From the human T2T-CHM13v2.0 reference genome, Homo sapiens, in the NCBI RefSeq assembly GCF_009914755.1, contig NC_060926.1: a stretch of 64,000 bases of DNA; one strand, given 5' to 3'. Position 1 is the stretch's first letter. The number at the start of each line of letters is the position of its first letter. Below are positions 46,576 through 60,000 of this stretch, one piece after another. Under the pieces are notes generated by a model. It saw only the letters and a program-made list of their open reading frames with translations. It searched no databases and was not told where the DNA came from. A program made the position numbers and the translations under genes.

Positions 46576-46873
46576 GCCAGGCACAGTGGCTCCCGCCTGT
46601 AATCCCACCACTTTGGGAAGCCAAGGTGGACAGATCACTTGAGGTTGGGAGTTCGAGACCAGCCTAGCCAACATGGTGAAACCCCATCCCTACTAAAAAT
46701 ACAAAAAATAGCCGGATGTGGTGGTGCGTGCCTGTAATCCCAGCTACAGGGGAAGCTAAGGCAGGAAAATCGCTTGAACCCGGGAGGTAGAGGCTGAAGT
46801 AAGCCGAGATCGTGCCAGCCCACTCCAGCCTAGGCAACAGAGCAAGACTTTGTCTCAAAAAAAAAAAAAAAAA
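46576..46873 (+). mobile_element. Alu (S-like)
   Basis: Full dimer with poly-A. Confidence 0.95.
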
Positions 46874-47747
46874 GACGACGACAATGAAAAATAGACCCAG
46901 AGAGATTAAATGACTTACCCAAAATCATAGAGCTGGGATTAGAACTTATATATCCCAAAACCTAGTCCAAATCAGTGGACTAATGTCACATTCCATTGTG
47001 CTAATATGGTAAAGTAACATCACAGTCACTGATTATCTTGGTAAACATAGTTAGTATACTGGTAGAGAACATGGGTTTTGCTGTCAGACAGCCTTAGGTT
47101 TGTGCCACAGCTTTGTTACTCACAAGCCATGTGACCTTGAGAAAATTAAGTCCTGGGTTCAATAACAGCATCTATCTCAAAGGGCTGTCATGAAGATTAA
47201 ATGAGAACGTCAGTAGATTTAACACAGCCCAGAGCACAGTATAATCCCTCATGCATCAACAAAGGAAAGTGCCCAATGATAGAATCTCTTGAACGCTCAT
47301 CGACAGTCATCAAATAAATGTCAGAAAGAAATATAGCTTTTTCAAGCTTAGCAAATATACAGATATGAGCTAAAACAAAGGCACCTTAAGAATAACACTA
47401 TGATAAATGCACCTCAGTATAACGTAGCTTTCTTTTAGAAAACATTATTCCCCTACATCTCTTGTATACTACTTTTCCAGAGCCATTTAAATCATTTTCA
47501 CCCTGAGAACTCTGTCCTTGGCTCTTGTCACTCTCTACTGGGTCTCTATGTATTTTCATTCATTGTCATGGTTACATCTATTATCCGTACATGCAGGGTT
47601 CTAAAACTTAAGAGGGATTCCAGAGGTTCCTAAAACAATAAACAAAACTTTCCAAGTATACTGTGTGTGCACTTCTTTTCTGGAGAGTAGGTCCCTAATT
47701 TCTATCAGATTTCCTAAGTTTGTCCATATCTTAAAGAAGATAAACTA

Positions 47748-48901
47748 CAACAGTCCTCCTATCTACAGTTTCACCTTCCTTGGTTTAAGTTACTAGCAAC
47801 CAACCACTGCCTGAAAATATTAAATAAAAAATTCCAGAAATATCAATTCATAAACTTTAAATTGCATGCCATTTTATGTAGTATGATGAAATCTCATGCC
47901 ATCCCACTCAGGATGTGAATCCTGAATTACATCTTTGTCCAGCATTTCCACACTATGTTACACACCCCACACCCATTAAAAACTTGGTAACTTAACAGCC
48001 ATCTGGTTTATCAGATCAAAATCACAATGCTTATGTCCAGGCAATGTTTATCTTACTTAATACTGTCCCCAAACCACAAAAGTAGTGATGCTGACAATTC
48101 AGAAATGCCAAAGAGAAGCAATAAAGTGCTTCCTTTAAGTGAAAAGGTGAAAGTTCTCTACTTAATAAGGAAAAAAAAAGGTATGCTGAGATTGCTAAGA
48201 TCTATGTTAAGAATAAATCTTCTCGCCAGGGTGGTGGCTCACACCTGTAATCCCAGCACTTTGGGAGGCCCAGGTGGACAGTTCACTTGAGGCCACAAGT
48301 TCAAGACCAGCCTGGCCAACATGATGAAAATCCATCTCTACTAAAAATATAAAAATTAGATGAGTGCAGTGGCACACACCTGTAATCTCAGCTACTTGGG
48401 AGGCTAGGGCACAAGAATCACTTGAACCCAGGTGGAGGCTGCACTGAGCTGACATTGTGGCACTGTACTCCAGCCTGGGCAACAGAGCAAGACTCTGTCT
48501 CAGAAAAGAAAAGAACACATCTTCTTCTATCCACGAAACTGTGGAGAAGGAAAAAGAATCTGCACTAGTTTTGCTGTCGCAACTCAAAACTACAGAAGTA
48601 TGGCCACTATCATTCACCTTACTTCATCTCATCACATAGGCAGTGTATCATCTCATACCATCACAAGGGTTAAGTACAGTACAAGATATTTTGAGAGACC
48701 ACATTCATGTTCTTTTATTACAATATAGTTATAATTGTTTTACTTTATTATTGTTGTTGCTAATCTCTTATTGTTTCTAAATTGTAAATTAAACGTCATA
48801 GGAAAAAACAGTACATATAGGGCTCAGGGCTATATGGTTTCAAGTATCCACTGGGGGTCTTGGAATAAACAGATTCCCTGTGGATGGGGTGGGGACTTCT
48901 G
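47748..48901. mobile_element. MER44 (Tigger7-derived) element split by an Alu
   Basis: ta|caacagtcctcctatctacagtttcac...aaaatattaaataaaaaattccagaaata ... ggggacttctg|ta. Confidence 0.82.
48225..48510 (+). mobile_element. Alu nested in MER44
   Basis: Degenerate TSD aagaataaatcttct / aagaacacatcttct. Confidence 0.93.
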
Positions 48902-49257
48902 TACTGGCATTTACATTAGTGGCTCCCAAATCTATACTGCCTGCCCAGATCTTCCCCACAAAGTCTAAAACTCTTGTTTCAACCACCTGCTACACATCTC
49001 CAATCAAAAGCTCCAGACACAGATCAAACTTACCATGTCAAAAATCCCTGACAACTCACCATCCAAACCTGCCCAAACCTTCTTCCTGTAATCTCTAATT
49101 CAGTTGTGGCAATATAAACTACCTAATTATACAAGCTAGAAACATAAGCCTTATATTTTTTCTTATCTCTCATCTCCTTCTTATCCAATCATCAAGTACT
49201 ACTGACATTAACCCCAAGGTATTTCTCAAATATGTTCCCATTTTTTCATCCCGAATA

Positions 49258-51428
49258 CAGCTGACCACTGAACCATGTGAGAGTTAGGAAAAACTGACCT
49301 CCTGAGCAGTCAAAATACTGTGTATAACTTTTAAGTCCCCCAACTACTAATAGCTTACTGTCGACCCAAAGCTTTACCAATAACATAAACAGTCTATTAA
49401 CACCTGTTTTGTATGTTACATGTATTACACACCGTATTCTTAGAATAAAGAGAAAAAATATTAAGAACATTGTAAGAAAAAGAAAATGTATTTGGTATTC
49501 AATAAGTGGAAGTGGATTGTCATAAAGGTCCCCATCCTTCTGGTCTTCACATTCAGTAGGCTGAGGTGTAGGAGGAAGAGAAGTAGTTGGTGTCTTAGGG
49601 GTGGCACAGGCACAAGAGATGGAGGAGGGAGAGGTAGAAAGGGAGGCAGGAGAGGGAGCCATACTCTGTAACTTCACAAAAACACATTGTAATTTGCCTG
49701 ACTTTTCTGCTTTTTCATTCCTCTAAAAATGTTTCTATCTGTTCCCAAATCTTTTGCCACTGTTTGTTTTAAGTTTCAGTGCCCACATCATAAAACAGTC
49801 CATGTCGTAAAAGTCAAAGCATTCTTGAGTATCAGAAACCTCCTGCCAGATTCTCTAATGTCAACTTGGTTTTTGGCACTGCTTCTTCTACATCTTCCTC
49901 ATCATCTGTCACTGGTTCAGAAGCGCTCATCTCCATCAAGTCATCTTCCGGTGTGATGTCCATTAGCTCTTGAATTTCTTCAAGATCCATATCCTGAAAC
50001 CCTTCACTCCTCACTTTACCACAGTCTTTCGTGATTCTGACTGGCTCTGTTGTAAATCTTGGGAAGTCATGTACAACATCTGGACACAGTTTTCTACAGC
50101 AATAATGTATCATTTCAGGCTAGATGGCTTTTATGGCTTTTTAACAATGATGGCATCTTCAATGGTGTAACCCTTCCAGACTTTCATCATGTTCCCTCTA
50201 TTGAGGTTCTCTTCCATAGCAATGACAATCTTTTCCATAGATTACTACTGCTGCGTTTAAAGAGCCTTAAAGGTCCTTATTGACCCCCCACCTTCCCCAT
50301 CTACAGGCTGAATTAAAAACACTTTAAGGTCAAGGATACCACTTCAACACCTTCAGTTTTGAAGAACTCATGAGATTCTGGGTGGCTAGGTGCATTGTCC
50401 AGTAGAAAAAATACTAAAAGGCAATCCCTTACTGACAAGGTACTTCCTGACGTCAGGGACAAAGCACTGATGGAACCAATCCGGAAAAAGAGTTCTCACT
50501 GTCCAGGCCAGGCCTTTTTGAACAACCAAAAGACTGGCAGCTAGTGTTTATCTTTTCTCTTCAAGGCTCAGGGGTTAGTAGATTTATAGATAAAGTCAGC
50601 CATGATCAAAAACCTGACTGCACTTGCACAGAACAGCAGAGTTAGCTTATCCCTTCCTGCCTTGTACACCCTAGTATGTGCTTCTCTCCTTTACTAGTCA
50701 ATATCCTTTGTGGCACTTTTTTCCAGAATAGGGCACTTTTGTCTACATCAAAAACCTGTTTAGACAGATCCTTTGTCTCCAATGATTTTCTTGATGGTGT
50801 CTGGGAACTTGTCTGCTGCCTCTTCAATGGCAGAAGCTGCTTCTCCTATTACCTTGACATTTTTTAAGCCAAACTTCTTTCTAAAAGTATCAAACCATCC
50901 TTTGCTGGCATTATATTCTCCAGCTTTAGATCCTTCACCTTCCTTTGACTTTGTCATATAATGACTTTGCTTTTCTTAAATCATATTAGAATCAGTAGGT
51001 ATACTTTTCTTACAGCAATCCTGCACCCACATACAAGCTGCATATTCAATATGAGATAAAAAAGTATTTTGCAAAAAGCACAAGGTTTTTGCACCAGCTG
51101 GCACAGGTGTAGCGATGGCTTCACAAACTTCCTTTTAACAATGGTCCTGGCTTCATTTACCTTGAAATGGCAGGTAACCACAGCTGCAGAACTTAATCTA
51201 GTACACATCAAGCAATTCAACAATTTCTTGTAACGTCATGACTTTTCTCTGCTTTTTGGGAGCACTTCCAGGTTCACTGGGGGCACGTCGAATGGGTTCC
51301 ATCGTGTTATTCCAGGTTTACAGTTTTCCACTAAACATAATGAAAAATATGTGAAAACCGCAAAAGAAAACTTTTTACTACACTACAGAGAGAAACTGCT
51401 CACACGAAGATGATTAGTCACAAGGTGT
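49258..51428 (-). mobile_element. Tigger2 (pogo-like TcMar) fossil with fragmented transposase
   Basis: ta|cagctgaccactgaac terminus; minus-strand ORF fragments ASKGWFDTFRKKFGLKNVKVIGEAASA (CENP-B-type HTH end) and QVFDVDKSALFWKKVPQR (decayed first DDE motif); acidic C-terminus at 49832-50113. Confidence 0.9.
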
Positions 51429-51439
51429 TTTTCTCTTTG

Positions 51440-51979
<540 letters not shown>

Positions 51980-53907
51980 CTAGTTCACTGCAAGAGCCTT
52001 CCAAACACTATGAACTCCAACCTCATGGAATCTACTTCCCTCAAAATCACAATCAAAATAAACATAGGCACACCATGACCCTGTTCAAAACCTTTCTATG
52101 GTAGCATAGTAGGCACAGACCTAGTTTATGCTCACTTATCCACACCTGTCTGACATGTATTTCCCAACAACATTAAACCAATGGGAATTCTTAAATATAC
52201 AACTTGCTGTTTCTCACTCTATTTCCATCACTGTCACAGCCCCTCCCCACTTATTTCAGTTCCCATGTCTTTTTTCCCCCCTGCTTTTGGTCCTCCTTTG
52301 CTTTGCCTTTTCTTTATCTGATTCTTTACACATATCTTCTGAACACAGCTAGGTGTCATAACCTCTAGGAATCCTTCACTGAACTCCTCAAGCAAAGTTA
52401 ACAACTCCTTCTCAGTTCTTCCGTGATATTTTATAGTGTAAACTGTATTTACTTAACTATACACTAAATAAACTGTAGTGTATTTTCGTTTATATGGGAA
52501 TGTGGTGATAGTCTATAACTACTAGTGACAGTTTGTAACCATCACTACACTCCCATGTAGCTGAATTATCTGTTCATGCATCTTCCTCCACTAGACTATG
52601 AGCTTAAGAGATTATGCATTTTTCTTCAATGCCACACAGAAGGTTGTAAACAAATGTCTGTTGAATGAATACTACTTTATCCATGTTATACCAATGTAAT
52701 TTTGACAACACAAACTTTTTACTTATAAGGCACAATGATACAGGAAAACGGTTGAATGTGTTTACCCTCAGCAATTAATCTAATTTTTAAATAATCAAAT
52801 CTTTTTCTAACAGAAGTAGTGTACAAGTAACACACTTTTAAATTTTACATCAAGCAATATTTTCAGATTTTTCCCATTCACCTAAAGGCCTCACCCAGAA
52901 GGCTGCTTAATCATTAATTTTACTAATAAATATTAACTGGGAAAAAAAGGGTAGACGAAATAGGCCCTTCAGAAGCAGATCAATAAGCTACAATCTTTCC
53001 CTAAATCAAATAAGTCCAAAAACTACATATCAAATGAAATGGGCTTCAAGTGCAGATTAATACATACACATGATCGGGTCTTGGCATCAAATGCACGTCA
53101 ACATCCTTGGCAAAATAATTATGTTACTAATGAGCTTTAATCTTTCCACTTGCCCATCCCTGACACAGAAGCAACATTAACTGCTACTGAAAAATTTTTT
53201 AAATGCCTAAATGTTCAACTCTCACCTCATCAATATGTTAACAATAAAAACTTTAAGCTATACTTCATTCCAGGAGCAATAAAATTTAAAGGCTCTAACT
53301 TTATGTATTAATATATTTTTTAAAAGAGAAGTAACATTCTTTTAAAGTAACATTCTAAATTACTTGAGCAGGGCTTTAATCCCATTGATAAACTGATTAA
53401 GTTGCAATAACTGCAAATACACTAAGGGATCTAGCAACTAATGCGTCAGCAAAACAATAAAATAAACTGCACACACATTTATCATCTATATACACAAACA
53501 TGTAATATTTGCTATCTAATTATCAGATGTATACAGGACCCTTCCCCAAGAAGGCCAAGTTACAAAATGATCAGCAAGCAAATTAAATTCATTCAGCAGA
53601 AAAAGAAACAAAAGCTTTTTTAAAGGAAAAATATAATTAAGGATTCTTAAATGTTTATAGTTTAGTAAGACTTTCAAAAACCAAGTCAAGAATTTAATTT
53701 TTGAAAGTGATCTTTGCCTCCTTACCTCCCTCCAATCCAGGATTACAATTTTCCCATCAGAAAAGTATCAATAACAAAAATAAATCTATAATGGTCTTTG
53801 TTTTCTTTAAAGCAAAATCTTTTCATTTACATTACTTCAGATGATATAAAAAATATAACCTTCAAAATGCCTGAATTTGAAAGGATGTCAGTCTATTATA
53901 TACTTAC

Positions 53908-53991
53908 ACATCTTGAAGGTTCTGTGATTACTGAGAGAACTACATCATGAGACAAATTAAAACTAAATGAAAAGAAGTGAATTCTTAACAT
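53908..53991 (-). CDS. CUL3: Putative alternative first coding exon of CUL3 (MLRIHFFSFSFNLSHDVVLSVITEPSRC), in frame with exon 2
   Basis: ATG at 53991, 28 open codons, consensus donor TGT|gtaagta at 53907, phase 0 matching the exon 2 acceptor. Consistent with my unverified recollection of a CUL3 variant with an alternative, slightly longer N-terminus. Confidence 0.75.
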
Positions 53992-54062
53992 CTACTACAT
54001 ACAAAGGACAAGAAGTCTTTAGTCCTCTGTGAATAATTTTCTACAAGAAAAAATTTAGAACA

Positions 54063-54081
54063 GGGTGGGTGGGGGAAAGGG
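54063..54081 (+). promoter_or_regulatory. G-quadruplex motif / CACCC boxes upstream of the alternative exon ATG
   Basis: GGGTGGGTGGGGGAAAGGG: four G-runs with 1-3 nt loops; reads CCCACCCACCC on the minus strand. Confidence 0.45.
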
Positions 54082-56498
54082 TGAGAATTTGAAATTCCAG
54101 GCAATTCAGAATGACACAGCTAGAAAAAAAATAAACAAGGGAAAATACTTGATCTTAATTTCAAGCTCCAGTCTCAAAAAAAAAAAAAAAAAAAAAAGCT
54201 TTGGTACAAGCATCTGAGGAATGGCAGTATTTTTTAAATCTGATACAACTAAACTATTAATTACATAAGGAAGCTCCCTCCCAAACTGTAAGCACCTCAC
54301 AGTAGATAAGGTCTTTATGTTATTGTACCCCTTACAATGCGTGGCACAATGTATAGATAATATTAAAAAAAAATGATCTGAATACAGTCCATTTGCAGTT
54401 AATGATAAGGAGTCTTATTTGATGACCAAACAGTATACAACTACTTATGACATCTGCAATAATACCATTTATCCATCAATTATTCCTTAAGCAACATCAA
54501 CCATCAAAAATGTAGCCAAAGATCCAAGCTTTGAGAAAAACAGCCCAGTGGGACACATTCAAACAGACTTTGAACAAATTAACCTTTCAAAGCTCACTTT
54601 CCTCATTTGCTTGTGGCCAGAGAAACGTGAGACGGTGGACTGTGGGGTAATTAAGAAAGTCTGTGAAAGCATCTGGCACACAGCACTTGCTCAATAAATA
54701 TGTTTGTTTCTTCCTTGCCTATGTAGAAGAGACATATAGCCTTGATTAGTGACTTAAAACTGAATGTAAAAACTACTGATGTTTGGTTAACTGGTTTCTC
54801 TGGTTACAGTGGAGAACAGATGGGAGTGGGGGAGTGCTGCCAAAAAAAGAGCTGATGTCAAGGAAAAAGAAAAAAAAAGATTATCAATTAGAAAAGCACA
54901 GCAGCATGGGACAATTCCATGAAATCACAACCTGATCGACATTCAATTGGGCTCTAGTATCATTACATTACAGAACAGTAACATTCATAATGAGAAAGTT
55001 AAATCATCAATAGAAGGTTCAATTATGATTTGCATTTCAGTCCTCAATATGAGTAGGCTATCCAAAACTCAATTTGAGAATGTGGGAAATGTGAAACAAT
55101 TTTTTCAAAGACACAAGGTCAAGCTTCCAGATTAGCCTATTTAAGTCCATTTAAGTCACAGAGCAATTGAGCTAAAAGTACTAACAACTCTTTCGACTAT
55201 ATCTCTGTGAATGACTTTTGCATATATAGAAAAAAAGGTATGTATAACATTTCAAAATGTGATAATGACCACAACAAATAAGATACAATAATGTAAGTAC
55301 TCTCACTGAGGTAAAAAGCTTGTCACTGTCCTACTATTGGTGCTATTTCCACCCATAAAAATAGAGATGTTACAGGACTCCCTTAAACACATTTTATCCA
55401 AAAAACACAGTAGTCATCATAACTAGAATTCAAACATTGTACTTACAGACCCTCTATATTAAGAAAATTAGTGATTATATCTAAAATCAACACTTCAAAA
55501 TAAAATTTGTTGTATTTCCCAATATACTATGAAATCCAAAACACTACTATTTATACTATTTAACACTACTATTTATTTATACATGGGTCACATGTATATA
55601 AAATTACTTTTTACACATTCATCTATGATAATGTATAAAAACTCTATAAACTGTAAGACAATGACAAATTGATTGTACCTAAATCAATTACACATAACCC
55701 AAAGGGAAAGGAAAAAAACATACAAAATACCGAACTGCCATAGTTTGCTCTGTCTTTGAATGATTCTAACTGTAATCAAATAAGATATGACAGCAAAAGG
55801 TCTATGACACAAAATTGTTACAAAAATCTGCTATAAGTCTGTTTAAAACTTTCCTACAACTGTCAACTCACCAAAAAAAATGTACACAAGAACACAGCTA
55901 ACTTTCCCACTGCTTCACATTAGAACTTAACCATCATCACTGAACCATACCATTCATAAAGAAAAATCTAAGACTAAAAAGTAAGTAATTTTTGCAACAT
56001 CACACAAAATATTTCAAACAAAGGCCACAGGAAAAGACACTAGTAGTCGGTGCCTAGATTTATGTATAAACACAATTGTCTTTTACTGAAATTTTTGGAG
56101 CTAGAATAAGCCTAAGGTAACCCCAAGTTAAAACCTCTTCATTTCACAAAGAAGAAACTAAGGCTAAGGAAGCTTATCCAAGATCACACAGAGCAATGAA
56201 GGAGTCCAAGTGTCCTAAGCTGAGTGTCCTTCCAGGGTACCATGTCAACTCAAATAATCAGAGTGCTCAATACTGAGAAATCATTTTATAATTAAATAGG
56301 CCAGTGTTAACATTGAGTTATTACGGCTACATGTTTGTTTCAGTCTGCTAAAGAGAAAAGAGCTTTTAACCAGAAATCAAGCTTCTGGTCATGGTCCTTC
56401 CATAAATTCAAGTCAGGAGTGTATCCCTTGGTAAACCACTTTCTCTAGACCCCTGTTTGCTCATCTGTTGAGAAAGAACAGATTCTCTCAAAAGTCTC

Positions 56499-57207
56499 TG
56501 CCACGGTTTGAATGCCTGTGTCTCCTCCAAAATTCATGTTGAAATTTAATCATCAATTTAACAGTATTAAAAGGTACGGCAATGCAGGTGCAGCAGCTCA
56601 CGCCTGTAATCCTTGCACTTTTGAAAGCCAAAGTGTGTGGATCATTTCAGCCCAGTAGTTTGAGACCAGCCTGGGCAACACAGTGAAACCCTGTCTCTTA
56701 AAAAAAAAAAAAAAAAATTGCTGCTGACCTGCACCTGTCGTCCCAGCTACCCAGGAGGCTGCGGTGAAAGAATCCATTAGGCCCTGGAGGGCATGGCTAC
56801 AGTTAGCCAAGATCAAGCCACTGCAATCCAGCCTGGGTGAGAGTGAGAGAAAAAAAAAAAAAAAAAAAAAAGGTGGGGTCTTCAGGAAGTGATTAACTCA
56901 TAAGGGTAGAACCCTTGTGAATGGGATTAGGTGGCCTTATAAAGGAGGCTGACAGAGAGTTTATTTTTTTGCCCTTCTGTCTCTGCCATGTGCAGATACA
57001 GGATTCGTCCCCACCAAAGAATTCCGAGAGGACAATGCATCAAGACATCGTGTTGGAAGCAGACAGCAGCCCTCTCCAGACAGCAGAACCTGCAGCACCT
57101 TGATCTTGAACTTCCCAGCCTCCACAAATGTGAGAAAATGCATTTCTGTTCTTTATAAATTATTCAGTCTGCAGGATTTTGTTATAGCACCACAAAAAGA
57201 TTTCAAG
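56499..57207 (+). mobile_element. MST-type (ERVL-MaLR) LTR interrupted by an Alu (56578-56871)
   Basis: tgccacggtttgaatg...caaaattcatgttgaaa...gcaccttgatcttgaacttcccagcctcc...ttttgttatagca. Confidence 0.85.
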
Positions 57208-59809
57208 AGTCACTTTTAGCCCTCAAAAATTAAAATACTAACACAAGAGCACACAAATTATTATTTGGCTAGTGATAGCATTCATCAAAAAAGCATTATT
57301 TCTTTCATGTTGCATTTGCGTACACCAAAAGTAGTAAATTATTACTAGAGAATTTAATCTTTGTATTTCTAATACATTTTACTGTTTAATCTATCTCTTT
57401 AGTATATTCTTAAAGACAAAAAATCAAAAATCAAAGTATTTTAGACATATTAACTTCAAGGAATCACTTTTTGCTAAGTATATACTTAAATTTCTATTAA
57501 CCAAATTTTTTTAATGTGTGTCGTCGGCCTTACAATTTAAAGTAGCAAAGTGTTAACTCATAAATAGGTCAACTAGTAATAATAAGCCTTTCTTACAGGT
57601 TATGCTTTTGACTGCTTTATTCAAGTCAATACACACTAAGGTCCCCTTAAACAAGTTATATATTCAAATGTTACTGAACAATACACATTTCCCAAGTTTT
57701 TCATAACTTTTATAAATGGTCCATTTACTTAAAGCCAGTAAAACTTAAGCTTACGAAGGAAGCTTACGAAGGCTTCTTCCAACTCCTGGAACCTGAAGGT
57801 AGATTCTTTTTGTAAAGAGAGTAGTGCATTGTATAAGCTTCAGCGTCCCCAGATCTGCCCCTGGCTAATAATTTAAAAGGTAACCTTAGAATTAATTTTC
57901 TGTATAATGAAAACAACATGAACTTTTCAGTCAGACATACCTAGAATCTGAATCCCAACTCTGCCCTTCTCTAGGCGTATATGTAATATCATAAATATTT
58001 TACTAGTCCTCTCTGAGACCCAAATAGATTTAAAACAGGAGTAACCACATTATACTTAAAATTGTTTTCAGGATTTCAGATAATTAGTTAAAAGTATCTA
58101 AAACAGCCTACCACAAGTCAGACATTCAACAAGTTGTCACTAATCTTACAAGGCAACCTCTAGTGGAAATGGAAAGGAATTGGAGATGAAAAAGAAAAAG
58201 GAATTTTTCACCATTACTTTGGAGAGGACAGGGCAAACAGAAGAGGCTAAGTGTTGCTCAGTTAAGAGCTGTTTTAGGTAAGAATGACTTACAAACACAT
58301 ATGTGAAGGAATTCCTCTTAGCAATGATGGCTTGCTTTTATAAGAAAGTATCTCTAAGGAATCTTATATTTTCTTAAAGTAGGTAAAAATTCCCCTTTGA
58401 AGTCGTTTTATTCATCTGCTCAGCAGTAACATTTCTCATTTAAAGAGTAAATTTGGGTCCAATCCTTTCTCAATGATTACAAGTACTAAATGGAGGTCAA
58501 ATTAGGAAGTTTTGCTTAGTTACATTTTCAACTTTAAAACTGAATTTAAAAAAAAGAATGCTGTCTAGTAGCAACAGATTTGGATTAGGAGTTAAGGCAA
58601 CTACAGGATCAGTTCTCAATTTCCTATTAACCGTTATCAAGTTGAGCAAGTAGTATTCTCCTCACCTTTAAAAAAGATTCATTAATAATTATTACTAGTG
58701 ATTTTAAAGCAATGGTTAACAGCATTTCTTAAAATGAAATCTTTTACAGAACCCCATATACAAATGGTAACACAGGAGCTGCTCTCAAGGACCACAGAGG
58801 GAGCTTTCAAAGATTTCTACTTAACACTTCCTAGGCCTCCTGGGTCCTAGACACCCTCCAGGCTCCCTGTAAACGTTTGAAAATAACTGCCCTACATGAA
58901 ACAGAATTATAGTTGAAAATTTTGATTTTATGATTGGGAAATTCTTTTAAATGTCATAGTGATACCACTATTAGCATTTTCTGACATGATTTCATTTAAT
59001 CCTCACAATTTGTGAAAGACTGCTGTAGTTCTCATCTTAAAGAGGAGGAAACAAACTTAAAGAGTCTGTTAGTTCCTTTATTCAACATTGTGTACTATAT
59101 GCTGGGTGCGTACTGCTGTACTGATCAAAGTCATAAAAAAGACTGAGGCCTCCTCAAGAAAATTATGCTCTAAAAAAGGAAATAGAGACTCCTCTCTCAA
59201 GAATCTTGGCTGTGAAAGGAGGTAGTTACTATAATGCAGAAGACAGGAAAAAGACATTTTCCTTCTCTGAGACCAGAGGGAAGGAGTCGAGAATGAATAA
59301 AGATGCAGATTAAATAATATAATTGAAAGGGAAGAATGCTGAATGAACTTCGAACTTTCACCTAATTACATTCCTTTTCACACTGATGTAGTAGTTAGGT
59401 TTCTTGAAGTAAGAGCAATAAGAGAATTCTCAAGAGATAGCTTAAGGACAATGATTAAAGTTTGGAATAGCTCAGGCAAGAAAGGGGAGAGGAAGCTGAC
59501 CAGGGACATAAAAGAAACTGCTCAGAGGCACTGAGAGTCCAGCTAAATTAGAGACCACTGTCTTGCAATTTTCTCCAGGAGTAGCTAGAAAATATGTTCA
59601 GTGGGGGCAAATAGGTAGAACGATCCAAGATGCTTTCTGCTGCTATTTCTGGCCTTGTTCTGGGGAGGTAGTAAGAAAGGGGCAACTGGTAACATAGGTG
59701 GAAGTGACAGCACCATGGCTTGGGAGAATAAATGGGTCTTCCTGAGATCAAAGGGCACATTAACGTGAGAAGGAACCAAGCAACAAGATAGAATAATTAA
59801 ATAATAACA

Positions 59810-60000
59810 CCTTGCATTTATGTATAATGCTTATTATGTGCCAAGCACTATTCTAAGAAGCTTTATATGTATTAACTCCATCTTTAAAACAATTTTATGA
59901 GGTAGGTATCATCATTTTTTCCTTTTTGCAAAAGAGGGAACAGACAAGACACTAAGTGATTTGCTCAAAGTCCTACATCTAACAAACAGAAGAGCTAGGA
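59810..60000 (-). mobile_element. MIR
   Basis: gcttattatgtgccaagcactattctaagaagcttta...tatgaggtaggtatcatcatt. Confidence 0.75.

Noticed and set aside
49246-51223. Cluster of ORFs suggesting an intact transposase or TIGD-like gene
   Set aside because: Fragmented by stops and frameshifts, with a degenerate catalytic motif.
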